A stretch of DNA of 64,000 bases from an uncultured Verrucomicrobiae bacterium (GCA_963836755.1 CAWIKF010000002.1:960001-1024000), one strand, 5' to 3'; counted from the stretch's first letter, positions 50,360 to 59,843 are shown. A program made the numbers and translations. Notes: generated by a model not told the origin, from the sequence alone.

Positions 50360-51874
50360 TTAAACTTTTTTCGCGCGCGAAATCGCCGTCATCATCCCCA
50401 TCGCCTTGTTCACCGTTTCCTGAAATTCGCCCTCGGGCGTCGAATCGGCAACCACGCCGCCGCCCGCCTGCACAAAGGCTTTGCCGTCTTTCAGCACCAC
50501 CGTCCGCAGCGCGATGCACGAGTCGGAATTCCCATCGAATCCGAAATAGCCGACCGCGCCGGCATAGGTGCCGCGTTTACTTTTTTCAAACTGGTTGATG
50601 ATTTGCATCGCGCGCACTTTCGGCGAGCCGCTGACCGTGCCCGCGGGAAATGTGGCGCGCATCACGTCGTAGGCATTTTTGTCCGCACGCAAATCGCCGA
50701 TGACGTTCGAGACGATGTGCATGACGTGACTGTATTTTTCAATCGTCATGAAATCGGTAACGCGCACGCTGCCGAATTCCGCGATGCGGCCGACGTCGTT
50801 GCGCGCGAGATCCACGAGCATCAAATGCTCCGCGCGCTCCTTCGGATCGGCGAGCAATTCGCGCGCGTTCGCCTCGTCCTGCTCCGGCGTCGCGCCGCGC
50901 CGCCGCGTGCCTGCGATCGGGCGGATTTCGACTTTGCCATTGAGCGCGCGCACGTGGACTTCCGGCGAGCTGCCGACGAGCGCGAATCCTTTGCCAGAGC
51001 CGCTTTCAGGTTCATCGGGAAATTTGAAACAGAACATGTAAGGCGATGGATTCACGAAGCGCAGGCTGCGATACAACGTCAGCGCGTCGCCCGCATATTC
51101 CGTCTCGAAACGCTGCGACGGGACGATCTGAAAAATGTCGCCGGCGTGGATGAACTCATGCGCGTCGCGCACCATCTGCTCGTATTCCGCGCGCGTCGTA
51201 TTGGATCGCGGCGTGAGCGATTCGGGCTCGCGGTGAATGTTGATCGCAGGCAGCCGCGCGGGCTCCGCGAGTTTTTTCAAAATCGCGCGAATCGCCGCGC
51301 AAGCGTCGTCAAATGCCCGGCCGGGATCATCGCCGATCTGCGCATTCGCGAGCACGCGGAGGCGTCGCAGTTGATGATCGAAAATCAGCAGCGTGTCCGT
51401 GATGAAAAAAAACGACTCGGGCAAATTCAATTCGTCCGGCGGTGGCGCGCCGATGCTCGGCTCGAAAAAGCGAACGACATCGTATGCGAGATAGCCGACC
51501 GCGCCGCCGACGAAACGCGGCAGGTCCGGCAGGCTGACCGGCTTGAATCGCGCCATCAATTTTTGCAACTCGCTCAACGGATCGTCCGTCGATTCGAACT
51601 CGCGCACCGCGCCATTTTCCACGATGCGAATGGTGCGTCCGTTGCTTTGAAAAATGATGCGCGGATTACTGCCGACGAACGAGTAGCGCCCGCCCTGGTC
51701 GATGTGCTCGGCCGATTCCAGCAGGAACGAATGGCCGCCGCCGTCGATTTTTGAAAACGCCGAAACCGGCGTCTCGGCGTCGGCGATGAGTTCCGTGTAA
51801 ACGGGAATCAGGTTGCCGTTTTTCGCCAGCTCGCAAAATTCCGCGCGTGACGGTTTGAAAATTTCCTCGTCCAT
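50360..51874 (-). CDS. trpE: Anthranilate synthase component I
   Basis: LLES and NPSPYM (Trp feedback sites), EHLMLVDLARND, TFPAGTVSG; start set to ATG 51874. Confidence 0.95.
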   Translation of the reverse strand: MDEEIFKPSRAEFCELAKNGNLIPVYTELIADAETPVSAFSKIDGGGHSFLLESAEHIDQGGRYSFVGSNPRIIFQSNGRTIRIVENGAVREFESTDDPLSELQKLMARFKPVSLPDLPRFVGGAVGYLAYDVVRFFEPSIGAPPPDELNLPESFFFITDTLLIFDHQLRRLRVLANAQIGDDPGRAFDDACAAIRAILKKLAEPARLPAINIHREPESLTPRSNTTRAEYEQMVRDAHEFIHAGDIFQIVPSQRFETEYAGDALTLYRSLRFVNPSPYMFCFKFPDEPESGSGKGFALVGSSPEVHVRALNGKVEIRPIAGTRRRGATPEQDEANARELLADPKERAEHLMLVDLARNDVGRIAEFGSVRVTDFMTIEKYSHVMHIVSNVIGDLRADKNAYDVMRATFPAGTVSGSPKVRAMQIINQFEKSKRGTYAGAVGYFGFDGNSDSCIALRTVVLKDGKAFVQAGGGVVADSTPEGEFQETVNKAMGMMTAISRAKKV

Positions 51875-52251
51875 CAGCGGTAGGTTTTTTCCGCGTCGAA
51901 AACTTTTTCCTCGGCGATCGGCACGGGCGATCCGTCGCGATCGAGCTGCTGGAAAAAACAGCTTTCGTAGCCTGTGTGGCACGCGCCGCTGGTCTGCTCG
52001 ACCTCGAACAGAAGCGTGTCCGCATCGCAATCGACGAACCAGCGGACGAGCCGCTGCGTGTGGCCGCTCGTCTCGCCTTTGATCCAAAGTTTTTTGCGCG
52101 AGCGGCTCCAGTATGTCATCAGACCGCTTTCGCATGTTTTCGCGAGCGATTCGCGGTTCATCCACGCCATCATCAGCACGCGCCGGCTTGCGGCGTCCTG
52201 CACGATCGCGGGGATGAGGCCGTCGGCATTGGTTTTAAAATCGAGATTCAT
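51874..52251 (-). CDS. hisI: Phosphoribosyl-AMP cyclohydrolase
   Basis: [32 protein letters not shown]; stop overlaps the trpE start. Confidence 0.95.
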   Translation of the reverse strand: MNLDFKTNADGLIPAIVQDAASRRVLMMAWMNRESLAKTCESGLMTYWSRSRKKLWIKGETSGHTQRLVRWFVDCDADTLLFEVEQTSGACHTGYESCFFQQLDRDGSPVPIAEEKVFDAEKTYR

Positions 52252-52261
52252 ACGTTTGTTT

Positions 52262-52306
52262 AAAAAAAGAAAAAGCCCGACGATTCATGGGATGGAATCA
52301 TCGGGC
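52262..52306 (-). terminator. Intrinsic terminator, the candidate attenuator 3:4 hairpin
   Basis: GCCCGATGATTC-CATCCCAT-GAATCGTCGGGC-TTTTTCTTTTTTT, ending 10 nt before the hisI ATG. Confidence 0.85.
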
Positions 52307-52361
52307 GAAAAAGTTCGACGCACAGCGCGGCGACCGCGGCAAAAAAGCCGCGAGCCCTTGT

Positions 52362-52388
52362 TTAAATGCGCCAGTGCGAAAAAATCAC
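52362..52388 (-). CDS. Putative attenuator leader peptide MIFSHWRI
   Basis: GTG ATT TTT TCG CAC TGG CGC ATT TAA; the His-Trp-Arg codons pair with 52319-52328. Confidence 0.6.
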   Translation of the reverse strand: MIFSHWRI

Positions 52389-52446
52389 GTGGCGTTCTGT
52401 AACGCCGCGCGCCGGCCGCGGCAAGTGGAAATTTTTCGCGCGAGCG

Positions 52447-53457
52447 CTAGAAAACAAGCGGCTGGCCCTCGGTCATGATCGAGACGCGATCCTCGATTCC
52501 ATGCGCGCGCGCGCAGGCGAGCAGGCGGGCGGGCGGTTCATCGAGCGGCTCGTAGCTCAGCCTAAAAGTTCCGTAATGCATCGGGATGAGCCGCTTTGCT
52601 TTCAGCTCAAAAAACGCGCGCACTGCTTCCTCAGGATTCATGTGGACTTCGCGCCCGCTCGGCGGGTCGTATGCGCCGATCGGCATCAGCGCGAGGTCGA
52701 TCTCGTGCCGCTCGCCGATTTCGTTGAAGCCGTCAAAGTAAGCGGTGTCGCCGCAATGAAAAATCGAGCGCCCGCCCGCCTCGATGACATATCCGCCGAA
52801 GCCGCGATGCGAATCGTGCAGCACGCGCGCGCCCCAATGATGCGCCGGCGTGAGCGTGATTTTCAGCGGCCCGTGCTGATAACTTTGCCAATAATCGAGT
52901 TCATGCACGCTGTGAAAACCGAGGTCGTGCACGAGATTACCGACTTCAAATGGGACGACGATCGGCTGCTGGTCGGCCACTTCGCGCAACGTCTTGCGAT
53001 CGAGATGATCGAAATGCGCGTGCGTCACGAGCACGAGATCGATCTGCGGCAGATCATGCAAATGCAGGCCGGGATGCTTCACGCGCTTGATGACTTTCAG
53101 CCACTTCGCCCAGTTCGGATCGATGAGGATATTCAGCCCGTGCGTTTGCAGAAGGAACGACGCGTGCCCGATCCACGTGAGACAAACCTGGCCGTCATTG
53201 ATCGGCGGAAAAAGCGCTTCCAAATGACTGCCGTGGCGCGGCGTGAAGAGCGATGGAATCAAAACCTGCGTCAAAAAATTCCGCTTGTGCCAGCCCTTCG
53301 CCGGCTTGAGCCCGATCTTTTTTCCGGCGTCGTCGGTCGCGCGCCGCGGCTTGGGCTTCGAGTCGATGGCGCTGTTTTCCGAGCTGCTGTTCCGGGCTTC
53401 CACGGCCAAAAAGTTTAACGCGCCGCTAAAATGGCGCAATGAATTAACGTTTCGCAT
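52447..53457 (-). CDS. MBL-fold metallo-hydrolase (NAPE-PLD/RomA-like)
   Basis: WIGHASFL, THAHFDHLD, GDT, MPIGAY, PMHYGTF; start uncertain (GTG 53403 possible). Confidence 0.9.
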   Translation of the reverse strand: MRNVNSLRHFSGALNFLAVEARNSSSENSAIDSKPKPRRATDDAGKKIGLKPAKGWHKRNFLTQVLIPSLFTPRHGSHLEALFPPINDGQVCLTWIGHASFLLQTHGLNILIDPNWAKWLKVIKRVKHPGLHLHDLPQIDLVLVTHAHFDHLDRKTLREVADQQPIVVPFEVGNLVHDLGFHSVHELDYWQSYQHGPLKITLTPAHHWGARVLHDSHRGFGGYVIEAGGRSIFHCGDTAYFDGFNEIGERHEIDLALMPIGAYDPPSGREVHMNPEEAVRAFFELKAKRLIPMHYGTFRLSYEPLDEPPARLLACARAHGIEDRVSIMTEGQPLVF

Positions 53458-53486
53458 CTATGCCGCGAGTTGCGTTTACTCGTGTG

Positions 53487-54030
53487 ATGATCGGCAAGCC
53501 GGAACTGCGCGGCGCGGTGCGCGAAAAACTGCGCGCAATATCCGTCGGCGAACTCGCGGAAAAATCGGCGAAAATCGCGCGCGCACATCCGCGCATTGCC
53601 GCAGTGGAAATCCGCGCGCATCGTCGCATTTTTCGCCGCACACACCGCCGAGCCCGATCTCGAGGAACTTTGGTCCGCAGCGGCGGGGAAAACAATTTGT
53701 TATCCAAGAGTGAACGGAGTGGAAATCGACTTGATCGCCGTTCCGAGTCCATCCGCGCTCGAAACTTCGCGCTGGCAATTGCGCGAACCGATGCACGACG
53801 AGACGAAAATCATCACTCCGGCGCAGCTCGATTTGATTTTCATTCCCGGCCTCGCCTTCTCGCGAACAGGCGCGCGGCTCGGGCGCGGCGGCGGGTTTTA
53901 CGATCGCCTGCTGGTCCGATGCCCATCCGCATTCAAGGTCGGCATTTGTTTCGAGGCGCAAATTTTTGACGACATCCCGCGCGACCCGCACGATCAGCGC
54001 GCGGACATCGTCACCACCGAATCCGGCTAA
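53487..54030 (+). pseudogene. 5-formyltetrahydrofolate cyclo-ligase, frameshift near 53580
   Basis: KPELRGAVREKL N-terminus in one frame; PGLAF..GARLGRGGGFYDRLL and PHDQRAD in the other. Confidence 0.85.
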
Positions 54031-54404
54031 ACCGGCACGCGCATTTCAAACTGCGGGATGCGCACAACCACGATCTCGCCCGCGTCGCTGATGCCGATGA
54101 ATGCGCCCTCCGCGACGCTGTCGCTGCCGATCGTGTGGTAGCTGTTGTAGGAAAAATGTTCGCCCGGTTCAAGCCGTGGAAACTCGCCGACCACGCCGTC
54201 GCCGAGGAAAACATCCTGCCGTCCGTGCGCGTCGGTCACGATCCATTTGCGGCCGTTGATCGTCACCGTCTCCGCCGATTGGTTGTCGATCGTGATGAAA
54301 TAAACAAACGGATGCGGCTGCTCCGGCGTCGCCTGCAGATGCGGCATGTAAACCACTTTATCGATCCTGACGCGCAAATCCTCGAGCTCGCGAAAATCGG
54401 ACAT
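54027..54404 (-). CDS. apaG: ApaG family protein
   Basis: FVYFITIDN, RKWIVTD, GDGVVGEFPRLEPGE; start set to ATG 54404. Confidence 0.85.
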   Translation of the reverse strand: MSDFRELEDLRVRIDKVVYMPHLQATPEQPHPFVYFITIDNQSAETVTINGRKWIVTDAHGRQDVFLGDGVVGEFPRLEPGEHFSYNSYHTIGSDSVAEGAFIGISDAGEIVVVRIPQFEMRVPV

Positions 54405-54484
54405 CGCCCGCAAAGTAAGCGCCGGCCGGTGCGTTGGCGAGTCTTCGCTGGCAATCGCGCCGCGCATTTCCGAGCATCAAAAGC

Positions 54485-55267
54485 GTGTCATCGCCGCCCG
54501 TAGCTCTCACCATCGCCGGCTCGGACAGCAGCGCGGGAGCCGGAGCGCAGGCGGACTTGAAAACTTTTTCCGCGCTCGGCGTTTACGGATTGACGGCGAT
54601 CACATGCGTCGTCGCGGAAGTGCCCGGCAAAGTCGGCGCGATCCAGCCGATCGACTCCGAGATCGTGGCGGAGCAAATCGCACTTTCATTCTCCGCGTTC
54701 CCCGTCGCAGCGGTGAAAACGGGAATGCTGCATTCGCGCGCGATTGCTGAAGTTGTTTGCGATGCGATGGAAAAAAATCCGCGCCCGCTGGTCGTCGATC
54801 CAGTCATGATCGCGACGAGCGGTGCATCGTTGCTGCAAACGGACGGCAGCGAAATTTTTACAGAGCGATTGTTTAAGCTCGCGGCAGTCGTCACTCCGAA
54901 TCTCGACGAAGCTGGCGCGCTACTCGGCCAGCCCGTGACGACGCTGGAGGAGATGCGCGATGCGGGGCGCGCGCTCGTGGAAAAATTCGGAAGCTCGTGG
55001 TTGTTGAAAGGCGGCCATCTTTCTGGCGCCTGCGCGACCGACCTTCTTTTTTCGGACGGAAAAATCGCCGAGTTTTCCGCGCCATTCGTTCCCGGAATTT
55101 CCACCCACGGCACCGGCTGCACGACCGCTGCGGCCATAGCGGCCGGCCTCGCGCGAGGGCTCGACCTGCGCGACGCCGTCGCTTCGGCAAAGGATTTCGT
55201 CACGCGCGCCATTGCGCAAAATTTGCGCTGGGGCGACACGCACGCGCTCAATCATTTTGCGTTTTAG
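54485..55267 (+). CDS. thiD: Hydroxymethylpyrimidine/phosphomethylpyrimidine kinase
   Basis: TIAGSDSSAGAGAQADLKT, VDPVM, TPNLDEA, KGGH, THGTGCT. Confidence 0.93.
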   Translation: MSSPPVALTIAGSDSSAGAGAQADLKTFSALGVYGLTAITCVVAEVPGKVGAIQPIDSEIVAEQIALSFSAFPVAAVKTGMLHSRAIAEVVCDAMEKNPRPLVVDPVMIATSGASLLQTDGSEIFTERLFKLAAVVTPNLDEAGALLGQPVTTLEEMRDAGRALVEKFGSSWLLKGGHLSGACATDLLFSDGKIAEFSAPFVPGISTHGTGCTTAAAIAAGLARGLDLRDAVASAKDFVTRAIAQNLRWGDTHALNHFAF

Positions 55268-55294
55268 CAGCCGGTTTTTTACGCTGCGCGCCGC

Positions 55295-56566
55295 ATGAAA
55301 ATCCTCGTCCTCGGCAGCGGCGGGCGCGAGCACGCGCTGGCATGGAAAATCCGGCAGTCACCGCGCGTGAAAGAAATGTTTTGCGCGCCCGGCAACGCCG
55401 GCACCGCTCAGATCGCGAAAAATTTGACGATTCCCGTTTCCAATCACGCCGCGCTCGCTGACTTCGCGGTCACGGAAAAAATTGATCTCACTGTCGTCGG
55501 TCCGGACGACGCGCTGGCCGCGGGAATCGTTGATCATTTTCAACGGAAAGGGCTGCGCATTTTCGGCCCGACGCGCGAAGCGGCGCGGCTCGAGTCGTCG
55601 AAGATTTTCGCGAAGGAATTCATGCAGCGCCACGGCATTCCGACGGCGCGGTTTGGTCAATTTTCGTCCAGCGCAGATGCGTATCGCTTTTGTCAAACAA
55701 CGTCGTATCCGGTGGTGATCAAGGCTGACGGCCTCGCGCTTGGCAAAGGGGTGATCATCGCGGAAAATTTCGAAGCCGCTGCGAATGCGATCCATCGCCT
55801 CATGGACGCCGAAGCCTTTGGTGAAGCGGGGCGCCGGGTTGTGATCGAGGAATTTCTGAGCGGTCAGGAATGCTCGCTCCACGCGCTGGTCGACGGCTCG
55901 CATTACGCACTTTTTCCTTCCGCGCAGGATCACAAGCAGGTGTTCGACGGCGATCGCGGCCCGAACACCGGCGGCATGGGCACCTATTCTCCCGCGCCGA
56001 TTTTCACGCCGGAAATCCGCGCGCGTGTCTGCCGGGAAATCATGGAGCCGTTCATGCGCGGGCTCGCGGCGGATGGCATCAATTTTCGTGGCCTGATTTT
56101 TCCGGGGCTGATGCTGACGGCGGACGGGCCGAAGGTGCTCGAATTCAATTGCCGGTTCGGCGATCCGGAGACGCAGGTGCTTTTGCCCCGCTTGAAAAAT
56201 GACCTCGTCGATTTGCTGGACGCGACGATTGACGGGACGCTCGACCGGCAGGCGATGGAGTTCGATGAGCGCGCCGCCGTGTGTGTGGTGATGGCCTCCG
56301 GCGGCTATCCCGAAAAATATGAAACGGGTCTGGAAATCAGCGGACTCGAGCAATTCCTCGGATCGCGCGACGTGATGATTTTTCACGCGGGGACGCGGCA
56401 CGACAGCGATGAAACTTTGACGGCAGGAGGTCGTGTGCTCGGCGTCACGGCGCTGGGCGACGACATCCGCGAGGCGCAGGCGCGCGCGTATGCGGCGGTC
56501 GAGAAGATTCATTTTTCGGGCGCGCATTTCAGGCGCGACATTGCGGCGAAGGCGCTTGCGCAGTAG
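55295..56566 (+). CDS. purD: Phosphoribosylamine-glycine ligase
   Basis: GSGGREHAL, KADGLALGKGV, GPNTGGMG, EFNCRFGDPE. Confidence 0.97.
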   Translation: MKILVLGSGGREHALAWKIRQSPRVKEMFCAPGNAGTAQIAKNLTIPVSNHAALADFAVTEKIDLTVVGPDDALAAGIVDHFQRKGLRIFGPTREAARLESSKIFAKEFMQRHGIPTARFGQFSSSADAYRFCQTTSYPVVIKADGLALGKGVIIAENFEAAANAIHRLMDAEAFGEAGRRVVIEEFLSGQECSLHALVDGSHYALFPSAQDHKQVFDGDRGPNTGGMGTYSPAPIFTPEIRARVCREIMEPFMRGLAADGINFRGLIFPGLMLTADGPKVLEFNCRFGDPETQVLLPRLKNDLVDLLDATIDGTLDRQAMEFDERAAVCVVMASGGYPEKYETGLEISGLEQFLGSRDVMIFHAGTRHDSDETLTAGGRVLGVTALGDDIREAQARAYAAVEKIHFSGAHFRRDIAAKALAQ

Positions 56567-56577
56567 CTTCGCGCCTT

Positions 56578-57747
56578 ATGAAACGGTTCGCGCTTTTGCT
56601 TGCGCTCAGTTCCACCGCGCTTTTTGCGCAATCGCCGGCGCCAACGTTGCCGAGCGGCGGCCTGCCTCCGCCGGAAAAAGCGCCGTCGCAGAGCCCGGCA
56701 CCCGCGCCGAGCGAGACGCCCTCGCACGCTCCAGCGCCGGCCGCGACGCCAAAAAAATCGTCGCCAGCAAAAACCGATTCGCAGAATCCGATTGACGCGC
56801 TCACCGCCGCAGAAGTTCAACAGGCGTTAACGCTGTTGAAATCAAAGTTTGTCCACGCAGATCAGCTCACGGATGACGAGATGGAACGGGCGAAGCTCCA
56901 GGGTTTGATCGCGCGCTTGTCGCCCGGTGCGTCGATTTTAGTGTCAAAGCCGAATCCGGCGCCCAGCGTTTTTCATTCGGAAATGCCGACAAAAAACATC
57001 GGCTATCTGCGCCTCGGCAGTCTTTCCAAAACAAATCTCGATGAACTTTCATCCGCGTTAAAAAATTTGTCGCAAAGTTCCGTGAGCGCCGCGGTGCTCG
57101 ACTTGCGCGCGACGCCCGCGTCCAGCGATTACGAAGACGCGGCGGCGGTGCTCGAACATTTCTGCGCAAAAGGGAAAACGTTTTTTACGCTGGAAAAACC
57201 GGCGGAAAATTCGGCGCAAAAATTTGCCGCGAAAGGTGATCCGGATTTTTCCGGCGTGCTCGTGGTGCTCGTCGATCACGAAACGGCGGGCGCTGCGGAG
57301 GCGATCGCGGCGGTGCTGCGCGCACAAGCGCACGCGCTCATCGTCGGTGAAAAAACGCAGGGACAGGCGCTGGAATTTTCCGATCTGCCGCTGGAGGGCG
57401 GCGAGGTTTTGCGCGTGGCCCTGGCGGAGGTCGCGCTGCCGGACGGCGCGTCATTTTCACGCGAGGGGGTAAAGCCCGACATCACGGCGAGCACGCAATA
57501 TGAGCGCGCGGTTTTGGAGATGGAGCTGCAGCACGGGGTGCTGCCGATGGTCGCGGAAACGGCGCGGCCGCACATGAATGAAGCGGCGCTCGTGGCCGGC
57601 GCAAACCCGGAAATTGACGCCTTCGAAGCGGCGCAGCGCGAGAAGCCGACGCTCAAGCCGATGTTGCGTGACGTGCAGCTGCAGCGCGCGCTCGATCTGT
57701 TGACGACGATTCGCGTTTACGAAAAATCGTCGGCGGAGAAAAAATAA
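56578..57747 (+). CDS. Secreted S41 (tail-specific protease)-fold protein, catalytic residues apparently lost
   Basis: IGYLRL, VLDLR, VLVDHETAGAAE, VGEKTQG, GVKPD, DVQLQRAL. Confidence 0.75.
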   Translation: MKRFALLLALSSTALFAQSPAPTLPSGGLPPPEKAPSQSPAPAPSETPSHAPAPAATPKKSSPAKTDSQNPIDALTAAEVQQALTLLKSKFVHADQLTDDEMERAKLQGLIARLSPGASILVSKPNPAPSVFHSEMPTKNIGYLRLGSLSKTNLDELSSALKNLSQSSVSAAVLDLRATPASSDYEDAAAVLEHFCAKGKTFFTLEKPAENSAQKFAAKGDPDFSGVLVVLVDHETAGAAEAIAAVLRAQAHALIVGEKTQGQALEFSDLPLEGGEVLRVALAEVALPDGASFSREGVKPDITASTQYERAVLEMELQHGVLPMVAETARPHMNEAALVAGANPEIDAFEAAQREKPTLKPMLRDVQLQRALDLLTTIRVYEKSSAEKK

Positions 57748-59095
57748 CTACGGTTTGGCGGAGGGCGATGCGCTGGGACTTCCGGAGGCGGATGGGCTCG
57801 CGGCTGCCGAGGGCGATGCGCTCGGCGATGGCGATGGAATGGGCGTTGGCGTCGGAACGGGCTTCGTCACATCGGCCCATGCGTGGAGCTCGCCCGTGTG
57901 GCCGCCGAGCTCGGTGAGGAGCTGATCGCAGCGCGCGCGCCATTTTTCGAGGTCGGGCGCGGCGAATGGTTTATCCGCGGAACCAGGAAAAACGAGATAG
58001 CTCACTTTGAGCGGACTGACCGGTCGATTGTCGGCGCTCGCGCGCGGGTTGATTTCTTTGCCGAGCCGCAGCGATGCCTCGCCGATTTTGTCGCGCGGGC
58101 CGACGTCGCCGATGACCGCGGGATACAAAACATTTTGATAAATGACGACGCAGTAGTCGCCGATGTGCGGCGCGAATGGCGAGTGATCCGCGCCGAGAAT
58201 CGAGCCGGGCAGCACGATGAATGGGTCGGCCGTGGCCACGAGGAAGCTGTTCGTTTTGAGCTGCCGGATCTCGTAGCGCAGCGCGCCGAGCTGGTCGCGG
58301 ATGTCACGGGTCGGCGATTTTCCAGCGGCGATTTCGAGCTGCTGCAAACGGGCTTCGCGCGCGGCGAGGAAGGGATTTGGCGCGGCGGTTTTCTTCGGCC
58401 ATTTGTAGCTCGTCATCGTCTGGAACGTCGGCGAATCGGCGTCGAGCGGCGCGATGCGGTCGCCATCGGAGCCGTCGGTATCGATGTCCATGTCGGCCTG
58501 GATGAATAGCGCGCGGCGCTGCGTGGTCGTCTGCAAAAGTTCCAGGATCGTCTCACAATCGTAAAAATTGTGTCGCGTGAGCAATTGGTCGAGTCGCGCG
58601 AGGTTTTGGCGCAATGCGGCAAGTTTCAACTGGTAAAAAGTCTCGAAAAACGGCGACACCTTCGCCGCGGAAATCAGCGCGGGGAGCGCGGGCAGCAGCT
58701 CCGGCAGCGCAGGGTTGAGCGCAGCTGATGTCGCTGAAGGCAGTGGTCGCCTTTGGCACGAGGATGCGGAGTTGCAGGTCGAGCTCGTAGCTCGACGGCG
58801 TGTCGCGCTCGGCGGTCGCACTTTTGCCGGGCTCGGTGACGAACGTGCTGCGCATCTGGATGCCGTTGAAAAGTTTTGAGGTCTCGATTCGCTTCTGCGG
58901 CACGTAGATCGACGGCGGCGTGGCGGGCGCGGCGGACGGGGTGGGAGAAGGTTTGGTGGGCGTCGCGCTTGCGGCAGGCGAGGCGGCTGGAGGGGATGGC
59001 GATGGCGACGGCTCCGTATCCACGTGGCGTGGCGGAGAACAGGCTGTTAACGCCGCGCAAACCAATGCCGGCAAAGTGCGCGCGCCGATTTTCAC
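57748..59095 (-). pseudogene. GH75 chitosanase-like lipoprotein, frameshift near 58723
   Basis: Lipobox LTAC and P/S linker in one frame; DMDIDTDG, PFIVLP, GDVGP..KIGEAS in the other. Confidence 0.75.
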
Positions 59096-59149
59096 CGCGA
59101 AAAAAAGAGGAGGGAAGCCGCGCGACTGCCGCCAAAGTTTTTCAAGGCG

Positions 59150-59470
59150 CTATTTTCTTGTCCACGAAATCAGCGTGAGCGCGATGGACGCCGCGCTGAG
59201 AAGCGCCATCAGCCCGCCGGGCACGAGCGCTTTTTTGTGGATGAAATCGGGGATGAATTTTCCGGCGAGCAGCACCGAGACGATGATCGCGAGCAGCATC
59301 CCCGCTACCGGATGCACTCGCATCAGCACGCTCGCGACGATGAGGAGCACGCCGGAGACCGAGCCGGCGATCAGCGACGCGCGGCTCTTGGCGGAGACGA
59401 ATCCCATGACGCCGCCTGCAATCGTGAGCAGGCCGAACACCACGTAAAAGATCGGTAAAAGCTGACTCAT
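59150..59470 (-). CDS. TMEM14 family membrane protein
   Basis: GGVMGFVSAKSRASLIAG, KFI...K..PGGL. Confidence 0.85.
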   Translation of the reverse strand: MSQLLPIFYVVFGLLTIAGGVMGFVSAKSRASLIAGSVSGVLLIVASVLMRVHPVAGMLLAIIVSVLLAGKFIPDFIHKKALVPGGLMALLSAASIALTLISWTRK

Positions 59471-59564
59471 GGCGCTGGAGTTAAATCTAACGCGAGCGCA
59501 GTTACAACTTTTCCGTGGCGTTCCGGCCTGCCGGCGCGGCGCGGTTTTACGAGATCACGCCGGC

Positions 59565-59843
59565 CTACCGCTCTTCAAAATGGCCGGGAATCCAGACGTA
59601 ATGCCACTTGTGCCATTGGTAATGGCCTTCGACCCAGGCTCCGTGCTCATGGTAATCGCGGTCGTGGTGGTCGCGGTCGTGGTCGTGGTCATAGTCATGG
59701 TGATCACGATCATGGTCGTGATCATGGTCGTGATCATGGTCACGGCCGGACTGCACGACGATATCGAGGGCGCGCGCGGCCGACGGCGCGAAGCCGCCCC
59801 ATGCGATGAGTGCGGCTGTGGAGAGGATGAGACAACGTTTCAT
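59565..59843 (-). CDS. Secreted His/Asp-rich peptide with WxxGH[YF] repeats
   Basis: Signal peptide ending ARA; DHDHDH... tract; WVEGHY and WIPGHF. Confidence 0.7.
   Translation of the reverse strand: MKRCLILSTAALIAWGGFAPSAARALDIVVQSGRDHDHDHDHDHDRDHHDYDHDHDRDHHDRDYHEHGAWVEGHYQWHKWHYVWIPGHFEER

Noticed and set aside
52262..52430. T-box or metabolite riboswitch upstream of hisI
   Set aside because: No T-box consensus or recognisable aptamer; a leader-peptide attenuator fits better.
53404..53486. 6S RNA upstream of the 5-formyl-THF cyclo-ligase
   Set aside because: The gap to the divergent MBL gene is under 100 bp, too short for a roughly 180-nt 6S RNA.
21111..59095. Programmed frameshifting as a shared system across the four split genes
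   Set aside because: No common slippery motif or stimulatory structure, unrelated functions, and all are fixable by deleting one base; assembly error is more parsimonious.
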